NCBI GenBank assembly: GCA_951406725.2
Contig: OX597815.1
Span: 98,952,001 to 99,016,000, forward strand
Length of the DNA: 64,000 nucleotides
Reading direction: 5' to 3'
Source: Octopus vulgaris
Lineage: Eukaryota
Below the pieces are notes generated by a model. It made no database searches. It was not told the DNA's origin and saw only the letters and a program-made list of their open reading frames with translations. Both the position numbers and the translations under genes were made by a program. This document shows positions 1 through 16,007 of the stretch, in pieces; the stretch's first letter is position 1; the number at the start of each line of letters is the position of its first letter.

Positions 1-9
1 TCGTATATA

Positions 10-50
<41 letters not shown>

Positions 51-273
51 ATGTATGTGTGTTTATATGTTTGTGTGTCTGTGTTTGTACCCCCAACATC
101 GCCTGACAACCGATGTTGGTGTGTTTATGTTCCCGTAACTTAACAGTTCAGCAAAAGACGCTGATAGAATAAGTACTGGGCTTATAGAGAATAAGCCCTG
201 GGGACGATTTGTTCGACGAAAGGCGGTGCACCAGCATGGCTGCATTCAAATTACTGAAACGAATAAAAGAATA
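1..273 (+). mobile_element. SINE family A, 3' half (internal TA/TG microsatellite plus 3' body)
   Basis: Matches the 3' half of the full copies at 18646-19080 and 57625-58036 (gacaaccgatg.tggtgtgttt ... gatagaataagtact ... ccagcatggc ... actgaaac). Confidence 0.85.
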
Positions 274-452
274 GCGCAGGAGTGGCTGTGTGGTAAGTAG
301 CTTGTCTACCAACCACATGGTTCCGGGTTCAGTCCCACTGCGTGGCACCTTGGGCAAGTGTCTTCTACTATAGCCTCGGGCTGACCAAAGCCTTGTGAGT
401 GGATTTGGTAGACGGAAACTGAAAGAAGCCTGTCGTATATATGTATATGTAT
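274..452 (+). mobile_element. SINE family A, 5' half with tRNA-derived head
   Basis: Pol III A-box-like tggctgtgtgg (283-293) and B-box-like ggttcagtcc (326-335). Near-identical to the 5' halves at 18646 and 58036 (minus). Ends in gtcgtatatatg. Confidence 0.85.
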
Positions 453-699
453 ATTTTAAACGTATTTTTGTTTTGTTTGTTTATTTTCCTTTAAATCTTA
501 CCTACTGAAGAGTAGAAATTCAACCTTTGTGATTTTCTCTTTAAGGAAATCTTGGTCCTTTTGTCAGAAACAATTGTCAGGGAATACGAAATAAAAGGAT
601 AATCCATTTTAGTATCCAATCTACTTGATTTCATTTATTTGATAAAAATTTTTTGAACTTTGATCAATTAAGTCTTATAATATGTGTTCATATATATAG

Positions 700-940
700 A
701 ACTAGTGGTTAGGGGTTTGCACTCACCTTTTTACAATCGTGATTTCAATTGCTAAACTGGGTGGTACGGTTGTGTTCTTGGCCGAAACGCTTCGTCTCAC
801 ATAGCTCTGTCATCACTTCAAAACCTGTCGCGTGGTGCACCGTGCACCTATTCAGACAACGTCGATCTGATGGAAAGAGCAAGCTAATGTGCGGCACGAA
901 TATTTGATCGCTATAAACACATCATTTGTGCAGGTCATAT
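700..940 (+). mobile_element. Probable degenerate SINE of a third family
   Basis: tRNA-like start tagtggttagggg. Only one copy in the window, so support is weak. Confidence 0.3.
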
Positions 941-999
941 TATCTCGCAAATTGTTTCAATCTTGGCGGTTTCAGTGCAAGATGGCATGGACAAGTGGC

Positions 1000-1305
1000 T
1001 TGTAATATTGACCCGAGTCAATAACTGCATCGTTTAAGTATTTCGTACACGGAAGCTGTCTGAAAGCCCGTTGTTTATATATTCAAATGTACGTATGTGT
1101 CTTTGTGTTTATGTTTGTTGTCCCTACCGCTTGACAAGTAGTCCTAGTCTGTTCACATTCCTTTAAATTTGCTGTTCGTCAAACAGAACCGACAAAGTAA
1201 ACAGCAAGTTTCAGATAAGTACTGGCGTCGATTTGTTAGACTAAATCTACAATACAACGCTGCAGCGTGGCCGCAGTAAATTATTGAAACAAGTAATATA
1301 TAAAG
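1000..1305 (+). mobile_element. Degenerate SINE family A copy
   Basis: Recognisable blocks acggaagctg..aagcccgt, ccgcttgacaa, ataagtactggcgtcgatttgttagactaaa and gcgtggccgcagt..tgaaacaagtaa. Confidence 0.7.
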
Positions 1306-1541
1306 AGGAATATGCACGAACATCCGTCATCTGAGGCAGTTATTAACAGTACACGTTTCAGATTCATCTCCTTTGATTTTATATATATATCCAACACATC
1401 CTGACTGATATTTATAAATATAATAGTACTTTGGTATCATCGATTAATGCTACCCCACGAAGACATAAAATGTACATAAACATTGGAAATTCTGTTGACT
1501 ACGACAAAATTCTATGAAAAAAAAAATGAAATGATCATAAT

Positions 1542-1543
<2 letters not shown>

Positions 1544-1609
<66 letters not shown>

Positions 1610-1653
1610 TAATAATAATAATAATAATAATAATGATGATAATGATAATGATA

Positions 1654-1690
<37 letters not shown>
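1544..1690. repeat. Compound microsatellite, (TAA)n grading into (TGA)n
   Basis: Directly visible. Confidence 0.95.
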
Positions 1691-1691
<1 letters not shown>

Positions 1692-2240
1692 ATCATCGAA
1701 GCCAAAACATACATCTTGAAACGAAATATTCAATAGAAATATATTGAAAGTGGTATACAAGTGTAAAATGGAAGTATTTATCGTCTCTATATAATTTCTT
1801 CTGAATTTGGACTGGTTCCAGAGTCTTGTTGACGTTATCAATAGGCTGACCTTATCAATATGCAGACAGTTACCCTCAATGTAAATACATTCGTGTATTG
1901 TTGAAATAATCTATTCTAGATGTATTGACCATTTGTAAAAAAGAATTTGTTTTTGTGATGTTGTTTTAGTTTATTTCTTTGTTTGTGGTTTTTCTTTTTA
2001 CTTTTATTTTAACAATCTGCGTTAGCTGTTTATAGGCTGTACGTTGTTTTACACATACAGTTTAAAAACAAGTATAACAACCAAACTTATAGTTCATTTG
2101 AATCAGTGTTTTTGAAATGTAGCAAATTATTAAAGGGGCCATTAAATCTGCTACCGATGATACGAATTCATTTGCGTAGCGTGTGTACGTGTGTGTATGT
2201 ATGTATCTGCTTGCGTACAGATACATAAATATAGATGGAC

Positions 2241-2424
<184 letters not shown>

Positions 2425-2880
2425 GTCATATTCGTCCGTTTGAGCGACGAGGACGTGATTAAGGGTGACTGATGACTTGTTGCGGTGGCTTTGTTTAAAG
2501 TGAAGAAGGGTTGTTTCACGTTAACCTCATTCTCTTGACCACGACCGTCTTCAACTCATGGCCACAGTAGGTCGAGATGACTATAGATGGAGACGGATGC
2601 AGTGGACGACCAAGATTACTTATTTGCCTCATCTTACATCCTGCTCTTCACAGTGCACTGCTGCATTCCCGCCGTTGTATCATGCAGTTTTCTTACGTAG
2701 AGTCCTTCGGATCTTGTCTCCACATGCATAGGTAGGTAAGCCTCAATATGGTAGTAAAGCGATAGCTGTGGCCTCGCATAGGTGCTACTGCTCTAGGTCA
2801 AAATATATCTGGGAAAAATAGTGGCGAAGAGGTGGTTCCACAATCCTCAAATCCATGGAAAACCTGAACCGCTGCTCCAA
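2425..2880 (-). mobile_element. Degenerate RTE-like LINE 3' end
   Basis: GC-richer island. The motifs tcgtccgtttgagcgacgaggacg and gatgcagtggacgaccaag resemble the reverse strand of RTE/BovB-type 3' ends. No intact ORF. Confidence 0.4.
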
Positions 2881-3154
2881 TACACAGTACACACACATAC
2901 ACACACACACAAACACACACACACACACGAACACACTCATATACACATACACGCATATACATACAAATGTTGCAACATGCATATGTCTTAAGCCAGTCAA
3001 AGTAATGAGCAAAGTTTATCACGTGAATACGGTATGCTGTGGCTTAATCCAATACTGGACTGAAAATAACTGGAAAGGAAAGAATGCAATGCCAACCTAA
3101 AATGCTGTCTCGATGTAAAAAAAAAGAAAATAAATCATATACTAATTTCAAAGA

Positions 3155-3345
3155 ACGCTGAATTGGCAGTATCGTTAGAGCGTCGAACAAAACAGGGACA
3201 TGGTAAATTTTACGTCTATGGTTAGTGTTGCTTTTCATCCTTCTGAACGCGATAAAATTAAGTACCAGTAAAGTTTTGAAACTAGTTTTAATAGTTTAAC
3301 TTTCCTCAGGGTTTTGGCCTTGCAACTATGCTTCAAACTATTATT
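3155..3345 (+). mobile_element. SINE family B copy (degenerate)
   Basis: ggcagtatcgttagagcg head and tttcatcctt...gataaaattaagtaccagt core, shared with copies at 21864, 23610, 38400 and 38697. Confidence 0.7.
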
Positions 3346-4314
3346 ACTATAGCCGTTGATGTTGTTTTAGCTGTTTAACCACAGTTCAATTTAGGCCTAA
3401 CACTATTATAATCACTTATGACACTCCCATCTTTTTAGTGTACGTATATCTACATTGTCAAATGTGTGTTTTCTTTGTTTTTCTTCATAAAATAATAGCG
3501 TAGGTTTTCAGTGAGAATGGTTCATACTTTTGCTCTGCCAACGCACTGAGTAGAGATTCTCTTATTGACTCATTAGCATTACTATTGTAGTAGTAGTATG
3601 TTGTTGTTATTGCTGTTGTCGTTGTTGTTGCTGTTGTTGTTGTTCCCGTTGCTGTGGCTGTGTAAAAAGGAAAGAAAATATTTATATTTATGATCAATCA
3701 ATTTATAATGATACAACCACTATTAATGTAAAAGTTATTTAAAACTGTAATATAATTTCATTTATTTCTACCGCACTGCACTTTAATAAACACGAGACAT
3801 TAAATTGAATTTAAAAAAAAGAAATAGAATGAAATCATAAAATATTACTTTTTTACTTTGTGTTTAAACCAAAACATTTAAAAACAAACCGGTTCATCTA
3901 CAGAGAATCCCCTTAAATCTCTACTTCATTCATATGAATATATTTTATATTTTATTTGAGGTATTTTTCTTTTTTATTATTGGTGCTATGTATTTCATAT
4001 ATTCCTTTTTAGATTTTTTTTCAATTCTCTGCTTTTTTTCTAATTTATATGATCATAGAAAAGAAGGAAGTTGCAATCGATGCAGAGTGCGAGCTGTTGA
4101 TGGTTATTTCCAGCTGAATTATATTCTATACGTTTGAAAGAAAGATAGTAAAATAACACTTGTGAGAAATGCTTCTTAAAATTTTGATAATGTTGGCTCA
4201 ACAGCAGCAGTATACACTTCCGTAGTTAAAATGGAATAAGACACACATAAACACACACACATGCATTCTCACACAGTACATGCATTTGTATATGAATATA
4301 TGCGCGTGTGTGTG

Positions 4315-4356
<42 letters not shown>

Positions 4357-4449
4357 AAATTTATATACATTATATTCATATGTATACATGTATATGTGTA
4401 TCCATACACAAACAGGTATATGTATACATATATGTATATATATAATATC

Positions 4450-4494
<45 letters not shown>

Positions 4495-5385
4495 CATATA
4501 TATGCATACATATATACATAGACAGAACATATATATATGCGTGTGTGTGTATCCATACACACACAGATACAAGAATATATATATATATATTCATAAACCT
4601 ATGCGCATGCACAAGAACACATCACCATATACACGCATTAACAGATATGCGCACATGCATATACATAAACACCTTCATATAGACATAGCCAGTTATTTGC
4701 ATATGTCGGCGTGCATTCATACATTTGTATATGCATACAATCTTCACCTATGGACTATTAAATCTAAAGAATGACTTTCTCGGATATTTGAAAAACACTT
4801 GAATCTTGCGTAAGGTGACAGAGAGGCAGAAAGTAAAGAAAGAAAGCGAGGAAAAAAGGTTAAAGCTTTTTGAATAGAATTGATGAAGATTGGCCAGTTT
4901 GCTGTCAGGTTCTTCGCTTTTCCTCACTGATAATATGATATAGTTTGGCATTCTTCAGCAAGGGACGCCAATATATAGTGCTTGTGGCAATCTACTTGTA
5001 GCAAGAAACTGTCAATCAAATCCCTAACGCTGAAAGAAGCCAACTCGAAAACAAAAGAAACGCTAGTAGTTTGTAAATGTTTATAACTTGTCCTTCCACG
5101 TGAAAGCTAATCTAGTTTTCCATAGCTTGCGCAGAATAATACAAAACATGGCGTCGTTGAAAAAACATGGTGCTGGGATATTCTTACAAGTGCTGCACTG
5201 AATGGTGATAACGATTCGAAATTGACACAGATGTCACTGTGAGTCGATGAAGTCCTTATACAAGATGCCTGATCACAAATCGGTGCTTTTTCTGAAATTT
5301 ATTTGGAGTATTTTCGATTTGACACGTTAAAGTGACATGTCAATAGAAAAATTTGTGATAAGGGAGAGAAAAAAAAAAGCTCCAG

Positions 5386-5530
<145 letters not shown>

Positions 5531-6396
5531 GGAAATGGGGTATTCCTGGAGCAGTTAAGGGTTGCAAAGGGGTTAATGTAAAGAAAACTTTATAGGTAAG
5601 AGGAATAGGATAATGTTGATGACAGAAGAATAAAAATTAAACGTTAAAAAAATGAAAGCAAATGAAAAAAAATTAAGGGAACTGTTTAAAAAGAAGAATG
5701 ATTCCTGTACGAATGATGACTAGAAAAGAAAAAAAAAAATAGAGAAGCTGCAAATACGTTATTTGATGAAGTCATATGTAAATGAGATAGTTCACATGCA
5801 AACGGCACAATATTTACCATGACTTAGGGAGACCGAGTTTTTTATTCTATAATTTTTTTTAGATGTAATATAGGTATGATAAAAAACAAAAAAAAAACTA
5901 AAATCCCTTTCAGAAAGATGTAAGGAACTAGCTTATACGCTTGATGTTTTTTTATATAGTCTCGTCTTCCTGCATATGACAGGATTGCGTGTGACCAGGA
6001 AAAAGCAAACAAAGTAGACCACAGTCTACATTGAGAAAGAAGTGAAGTAGTAAGTATGAGTAAATCAACACACTGCTGTTTGTCTAGAATCAGCAAGTCG
6101 TTAAATCTAACAAAGAACTACTGGAGATGAGTTTTTTGCATGTCATTTGCATTTTCCGTTCGCGATGCAAAAAAGTGCCAGTGCGTGTATATGAGCTTAA
6201 CCTGTTCCATACATACTGTTTGTTGTACTGGTATCGATCTACTTGATTATATTCTTCCTCTCAAAATATAGGATTTTCATTTCACGTTAGAAATTGATTG
6301 TCTTCAGTCATATCCAACAGTTGGTACTTAAATGTCAAATATTACTAAAATCTAAGAAAACGAGTCAACGATAGATATGTCGATAGGTCGATAGAA

Positions 6397-6747
<351 letters not shown>

Positions 6748-7474
6748 CTGTATGTCGGCAGAAATTAGGTAGAAAGATATACTAAGAGACACGCACAAAC
6801 ACACACATAGTCACAAACATACGCACATACGCATTCACACACACACACACATATGTAATCAGTTTGCTGGGTCTCGTATAAAGGGCGTTAACCACGGTCT
6901 TCGCAACCCACATAAAGCTCAGTGAGACTGATGTTAATGTCTCTCCCGTATAAATCGTCGGAGGTCGACTGCCGCGCTGAAAACTTTTGCAAGAAGGAGA
7001 TGACGAACAGCGATTTCCGAAGAGGAAGAATTGCAACTATTGTTTAATGCGTGTGGGGTGCTTGAGGGATTTTACACAACAAACATATATGAAAAGAGTT
7101 TAAACTGGTTGGTCAGGAGAACGTAAGTAAAGAAGAAGACGATCAATGACTGAAAAACAGAAACCTTTATTGTGATTTTAGAGTTGACGGAGGTAGAGCT
7201 ACAGACTGGAGCGTGTCTGTCATTAATTTTTATGTCAACCAATATCTATCCGTATACTTTGCAAGGTGTTTGACTGTAGAATAATTTAGACATTCCTTCA
7301 ATGAGCCATTTTTGTGACCTTCACTGGCACGACATATCTTAGGTAATTATTACGATATATACAGTTTCAGGATTAATTAAACAGATCAGTTATTTATTTG
7401 TAAAAAATCTGTTTCATATAAAATTGCTTTCATCATCAATTTTGGTACAAATTCAGGTTATACTCTCTTCTGAT

Positions 7475-7641
7475 ATGTTCGGTAAGACGCTTGCTTCCCA
7501 GCCCGATGGTTTCAGGTTCAGTCCCACTGCATTGTACCTTGTGCAGATGTCCTGTACTACAGCATCGGGCCGAATGAAGCCTTATGAGTGGATATGTAGA
7601 CGGAAACTGAAAGAAGCACATCGTATATATATACTTACATA
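7475..7641 (+). mobile_element. SINE family A, 5' half (diverged)
   Basis: ggttcagtcccactgc and gtagacggaaactgaaagaagc..tcgtatatat. Confidence 0.8.
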
Positions 7642-7643
7642 TA

Positions 7644-7892
7644 CAGGGTGGCCCAAAAGTAGGTTTACAATTATTCAACTATCTCGAATCATTAAGTGTT
7701 TCGCATTCATATATTAAGTGTTTAGTTCTTAATTATAAAAAATGTATCAAAACTATTATTCTATGCTAATTTAGTTAATTTGTCGAGCACCCTTGTCAGT
7801 TTGTACGATAGAAAATTAAATGTAATAAAATGTTTTAAAAGAAATTTAAAGTGCCTACGTGATAACTGTAAACCTACTTTTGGGCTACCCTG
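7644..7892. mobile_element. Tc1/mariner-type MITE (249 bp)
   Basis: About 31-bp TIRs, cagggtggcccaaaagtaggtttacaattat and ataactgtaaacctacttttgggctaccctg (2 mismatches). TA on both sides. No coding capacity. Confidence 0.92.
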
Positions 7893-7970
7893 TACATATA
7901 TATATATACACAAACACACACATATGCATGTATGTATGTATATGTATGTATGTATGTATGTAAGTATATA

Positions 7971-8998
<1,028 letters not shown>

Positions 8999-11831
8999 CT
9001 ATAGTATGTATACATACTGATTTACATGTATATGTGTGTGCTTGTCTGTGTCAGTTAGTTTTGTGTAATAGTTAACATGTTTAATATGCTCCAGAATGGT
9101 GCAGGCTATGAGTCAAACGAATATATTCCAACTTTTCCCCTATCCATTGCATTATAAGCTATTTTTGTAGCTAAATTGGCTTCAAGACGCATGGGTTTTA
9201 TATGCCTATTGTCATACATATATGCTTATTAGTTACCTAGCAATTAAGTTTAGCAAAGTCCCTAATACACGTAGTCGTAAGCGACATGTTTACACATATG
9301 TCTTTTTATTGTCCACTAATAGGATGTGAGCAAAAACATGTCTTACACGTGAATTAGATTACAATGACAGAGATTTTAAAAACGTGAGCTTTATTCTCTC
9401 CTTGAGACCTACCTTGATCCAAGGGGAAGACTTAGTCTGAACTAAGGATGTGCCGAGGTGACCATGAACTTTATAGTGCTCTTAGCATTTCACTACTCTT
9501 AGCATTCCACTACGCTCGTTCATTCCAACTTTTTAATCGTTAGACCATCTTCAGTTTTCTTCCGTTCAGTTCGAAGAAATTAGAGCTCAGATGTGAAGAT
9601 GGACAGATAAATTCACCGTGGGTATCAGATCAGATTTGTACCCTAATCTGATTTAATCAACTGATTAAAATGATTTAATGCCCTTAGATACCTATTCATC
9701 ATTCAGCTTTTTGAGTTACAGGTGAAAGTCAGGTAACAGATAGAAACTGAATATGGATAACGTGCTTCTCAGAGAAAACTACTGCCTCTCCTAGAATATT
9801 ATCTCTCGGGGAACGCCTCACATACCATACATCACATAATACGTATTAATCTGCCTGTGGTCATACACGTGTGTGTGTCTGTGTGTGTGCGTGTGTGCGT
9901 GCGTGTGTGCGTGTGCGTGCGTATGTGTGTGTGTGTGTGTCAGTGTGTGTGTAATAGCCATATTCAATGGGTTGTCATAAATTTCCAGAAACAAAGCGGA
10001 AATAGAAACAAAACAAAAAGTTCTGAAAATACATGCATCCCTTAAAAAAATTACATAGAGTATAGAATATAAGGTTCTATTTCACTTTCTTGTTATTTCT
10101 TTTACTTTTCAATTCGAAACCAGAAAAGAATATTTTACTTTCTGCATTCCGTTCGGTTACTTCGTATTTAGCCTATGTCTAAAATGATAGCAATATCTTG
10201 TACATTGTATAATCAGTGTAAAGTTTCTTAAGATTATCACAATAACTCTTCAATACATTACTTTCATAATGTTAACACTTTCAAATTTTACACCGAATTT
10301 TCCATATATTCCAGGCTTATTCAAATCTCTGGAACAACTTACATAGCATCCATTTTCGTGTCTTATCTATCGAAGGAGAAATACTAACACGGACCACTTC
10401 AAGTTCCTGGCAACTCTGCTTTAGTAAAACATCTGTAAGATATGTGTTTAAAAATAAAAACAGCCTATCTATAGGTATTTATTTTTTCATTCAATTTCCA
10501 TTCTATTATTAACCAAGAAATATGTACAACATATCGATTTTTAGAAAGACTTTGCTAAGATAACGTTAAGATCCAAAATATGAAAATAAAGCAACGTATG
10601 AGAAAATATAATGCAATAAATGTAATGCGTGCTGGCATATATGTATGCTTGTAGATATATATATACATATAAATATAAAAACATATAAATATGTATGTGT
10701 GTGTGTGTATACATACGTACATCTGTAAATAAATATCAATGCATACGCATATACTCACATATATTTTCACAAAGACACGCATAAAATGACATTTATTTAT
10801 ATATATTGCATGCATGCCGTGTTGATACATATAACATGTGTGACGTATTATGGAAATATTTTGTATATAACATGTCTTGCAATCAACGTATCTCATGCTG
10901 CGAAACTTTCTGAACAATTCTCATATATTCATTTTTTTAACATTTTAGAATACTTTGCCTTCTTTTACTGCATATTCTTTCCCTCTACATCTCTCTTTAT
11001 CTATCTAAATATTTTTCTCTGCGTGTACGTGTGTGTGTGAGTGTATGTGTGCGTGTGTATATGCGTGTGTGTGTGTGTGTATGTACATGCGTACGTGCAT
11101 GTGTGCGTGCATGTGCGTGTGTGTGTCAATGCATCTTTCTATTTGTTTACTTTTTAGTTGCTTTAATTTTACTTGCCGTTTCAATATTGTCACCATATAC
11201 TGGTCATGCGTATTAGTGTGACATATGCCACTTGTAGCAGATCATTCATTCATATATATAAAATATTTCAGATAGTTCATTCATATAAATGTGATATGAT
11301 ACGTGTGTGGTGTGTGTGTGTGTGTGTGTACGTGTTTGTGTGTGTGTGTGATACATAAATATATACACAGCCATGCATATGTATACATATATACATATTC
11401 CTTAACAATCAATAGTTATGGAGTTTATATCAAACAAATTCAAGTTATTTATGTAGACATAATGCATCCAACGTAGGCTATATCGAACATTGTTTTCAAA
11501 GTTAAATAGGAGGTTCTGCTGTTTTTAACAGAAACAGATGGCATTTAGAAAAAAACACATATACATATACATACATACGGAGATACATATCTACACAAAT
11601 GCATCACTCGAACACAGAGACATATAAACGCTCACATGCATAGACACATACACGCATATATGTATACACAAACACACACACACATGTATATATATATGTA
11701 TACATGCACGTACCAATACATAGATAGATAGATACATACATACATACATAGATAAAATTCACTGGAATGTTGACGAAAATGGCACAAAAGACACGAAGTA
11801 AAAGGGCAACTATCAAAAATATACTAAAATC

Positions 11832-11844
11832 ACATATATGTGTG

Positions 11845-11881
<37 letters not shown>

Positions 11882-11884
11882 ATG

Positions 11885-11950
<66 letters not shown>

Positions 11951-11968
11951 CATATGAATATATATGTG

Positions 11969-12005
<37 letters not shown>

Positions 12006-12774
12006 GTTCGATTGTCAACGGAATCAAAGGACGATAATAAAATGAAAAAATATACGAATGGGAGAAATAAAGAGAGACAAAGGAGAAAGAACGAAATCCC
12101 ATATATATGAATGAAAGATGTGTAGGAAATGCCATAAAATATGAGTATAAACATGAAATGTGCAGAGACATAAAGATCACGTTATATTTTGCATATTCCT
12201 CTCTATGTTCTTCTAGCGTTGTGGTAAATAAATAAACACACACACAGATATATATATACGAGTATACATGTATGTCTATATATATACTTATATATATGTA
12301 TATGTGTGTATGCGTGTATGTATCTACATATATACTTATATATGTATATGTGTGTATCTGTGCGTGTACGTACATATGTGTATTTGTATATATACATACA
12401 TACATGTATACGTAGATATATGCATATAAATACGTATACTTACGTTTATTTGCATGCATGTATGTATGTATTATGGATGGATGGATGGATCGATGGATGA
12501 ATGGATGGATTGATTGATGGCTGGCTGGCTGGCTTGCTGGATGGATGGATGGATGGATGGATGCAAATATACAAGTGTATATAGATACACTTGTGAAAAA
12601 TGTGTACACTAACAACTGTCGTAGATCAGCTTGACGTTTTTCACCAAACTGTACATGTATTTGAGCATCATGCAATTTTGCTAGTATAAAAATTTTCCAT
12701 CTATTTAGTACTTGGTAGATATATCCATTTTAATCTTTCCCTCTGCAAATATATATACATAAATATATATATAT

Positions 12775-12811
<37 letters not shown>

Positions 12812-12818
12812 CAAATAG

Positions 12819-12850
<32 letters not shown>

Positions 12851-12864
12851 GTATATAGATATAG

Positions 12865-12919
<55 letters not shown>

Positions 12920-12972
12920 ATAGATATTCATATATAATATATATATAGATAGATAGATATAGATATACATAT

Positions 12973-13005
<33 letters not shown>

Positions 13006-13074
13006 TCGTTTTTTTTACTCCATTGTATTCTGTACGCGAAACCGATTGGTAAGACCAGCCGTGATGGTCTTTCA

Positions 13075-13126
<52 letters not shown>

Positions 13127-13276
13127 TTACACACACGGAAGTATTTATATATACGTCCGTGTGTGTGTATGTATGTATATTTATATACATACAAATAATA
13201 CATACATGCATACATTCATTCATACATACATACATACATACATACATACATACATACATACATACATACATACATA
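11832..13276. repeat. Cluster of TA/TG/CA/GGAT/CATA simple repeats
   Basis: Directly visible, with short unique spacers. Confidence 0.9.
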
Positions 13277-14831
13277 AAAACATAGAAGCAAAACTACCAT
13301 GTTGTTGATGTTGAAATTCAAAAAAAGGAGCCTTGAATCTAGGTTAGAACCCGAATCTTTCTCTATTGACAAGAAATAAAACTGAACAATGACATACATA
13401 CTTGGGAATTTTGAAGGAGTATTCTCTTCAAAATATCTTCCAAAAGCAATTTTATCTAGTCCTATATAATGCTTTGAGGTAGAAAATGAAAGTCATGGAA
13501 AATCAGTGGGAGTATCTATCCTGCAGATTACAAATGTCCTCTAAAATCAGGTTAATATTTATACCCAACTGTTTCGAAATTTGGCGCTCCATTTTTATAC
13601 CACTAATCATCAGTTATCATTCTAAATTGAATCTGGAATAGCTAAGATTTCAGACAAAGAAACAAACTGGTTTTCACGCACTTTACAGAGAAAATGTGTG
13701 AGTGAATTATTAAAAAATTATACAAAAATTCTTCTTTGTATTCAGTAAATAACAATTATTCTTGTTACTATACTCCAGTGGTGGAGTTTTATTTTCTGAA
13801 TAACAAACCATCTTCATCCTACAAGAAAAATTCTAATAGACAAAAATGTGATTGATATTTGTACATTATGTTGTTTTGACGAATTCGAGTAACAGGTTAA
13901 CCAGTTCATTGTGCAGCTTAATGTTGGAACTGCGCTCGTTGTAAACTTCTCGTGTAATAAGAATGTTACATTCACAATTTTATTAGATCCTGCAGACTTT
14001 CCTGAGTATGTGCCAACCATTAAATATTATTCTTTGCAATCAATTTAAAAGGTGTTTGCGAATTTTTTCTCCTCTCACTCCCCTGTACTTCGTCAAAAAA
14101 GACCCGCTATGAAAGCTAAAGAGAGAAGTTGCATCGCAACTTGTCTTGGATTTCCTATATCAACCCTGAAAGATGATGTTGAGATTGGTTGATCTTAAAA
14201 TCACGGTGTACAGCGCACAAGCGGAAAGAAATATCCAAACGCATTTCTGCCAATATTTTAGCGAATGTCTGAGTGGTATTCCGTATTTCCTAAAACAATT
14301 ACTCTAAGTGTTGTTCTTTATTATCACCTGAGGGTCTCTCCCGGCGAAAGAGAGTCCATCTATAACTGCATTCGCAAGAATGACAAGTAACGAAGTTTTA
14401 TTTTACACCCGAAATTATTAGCATATACCTACATATCTATCTAGTAATCTCTCTCCCTCCTTCTTTCTTTCTTCCCTTCTCTCTGTCTATATCTCTCCCT
14501 TTCTCTCTGATAAGGGAGCAAATATCAACTCGAATATTTACCGGAGAGATAGGGAGATGAAACATTTACTAGCTTACAGCTACATATGAAAAGTATAACG
14601 ATCAACACGCACTTCTTTCGCCCATTAGAATATCAGTACATTTATCCATACTACATTGAAAGAGAGAGAGAAAGGACCTGAGAGAAAGAGAGGGAATTAT
14701 TTTAACCATGGGCAGGCTCAATACTGTGTCTATTCTTATTAAAAGTACGACTGTAAATTTATTTGTAAAGTTTATTATGAACACACTGTTTGAATGTTTT
14801 TCGTTGGCATGCACATACACACGCATCATGA

Positions 14832-14832
<1 letters not shown>

Positions 14833-14907
<75 letters not shown>

Positions 14908-14967
14908 TCAAACAGATAGGTAGACAGAGATAGCTAGATAGATAGATAAATAGATAGATAGATAGAC

Positions 14968-15044
<77 letters not shown>
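14833..15044. repeat. (GATA)n microsatellite
   Basis: Directly visible. Confidence 0.95.
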
Positions 15045-15046
<2 letters not shown>

Positions 15047-16007
15047 TTCAAGTAGCAGTATTGATTGGTTGATTTCAACAGGAGGCTTTTTTCAGGAATA
15101 AAATATAAACGAGAAATTTAAAACTATTGACTTTCTTCAAGGTAGAACAAACTTGAAAAGAATCAAAAGAATCAAGGATTTTTTTTTCTTTCCTGAAATC
15201 TTTTACCGAATATCATCATTTAACATCGTTCTGCTTTTAGCAAAATGTATGGCGGTTAAATCTAATTTCATTCGTCGAAGTTAGGGACGTTTCTTGACAT
15301 CCTACTTAATTGTTTTGTAATGTCATGTGAGCAGTCAGAGTGATCATGACATTTTTTCCTTGCTTTTTTTCTAGTCTTATTTTTTATTTTTTATTTTCTT
15401 ACAATGACTTTTCTTTATCGTTATAGTTTTGCTTTTTCTTTTGCGGCTACATTTGACCGTTAACAGTGAGCGTTGGATAATAACCGTAGGTGAGAAAACA
15501 TCTTGCAAATTAATTTGAGGAAAGAATTTACATTTATTCACCTTTGAATGTGGACAAATGTATTATAATAATCTTACTTTTTAGATGTTTTTTTCTTATT
15601 CATTTGATGCAGTAAGAAGGAATTTCAAGACTTTCTAACTAGTGTTTAATAAGTGGTATACTTAGAAAATGCTTTTGGATTTAACTTGTAATTCTACAGT
15701 CTATTTTGTATTTTGCTTCTTTTTTCTCCATTTGTCTATTTAATACGAACAAAGCAAACCCGTTAGAGTTACCATAAATTGTTTTAAGAGACCAAATTCA
15801 ATGTATTACGTTATTTGGGATAATCACAAATCATACGAGAGTCATTTTTTTATTTTTTATTTTTGTATGTTTGTTTTTGAGATCAAAAGAGGAAATAGAA
15901 CGAAGATTTAATACAATGCATTTCATGAATAGTCTACCCTACCTCCAATAAAGTACATGCCTTACAGAAAATGTGTTTGCAGAATCTGCAGAAGAATGCC
16001 CAAAATA

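Noticed and set aside
274-345. tRNA gene
   Set aside because: A/B boxes are present, but the sequence continues into a SINE body in multiple copies and no full cloverleaf is evident.
148-357. Recurrent peptide MPKVPRSGTEPGTMW (also near 18668 and 57754)
   Set aside because: Antisense translation of the SINE A head.
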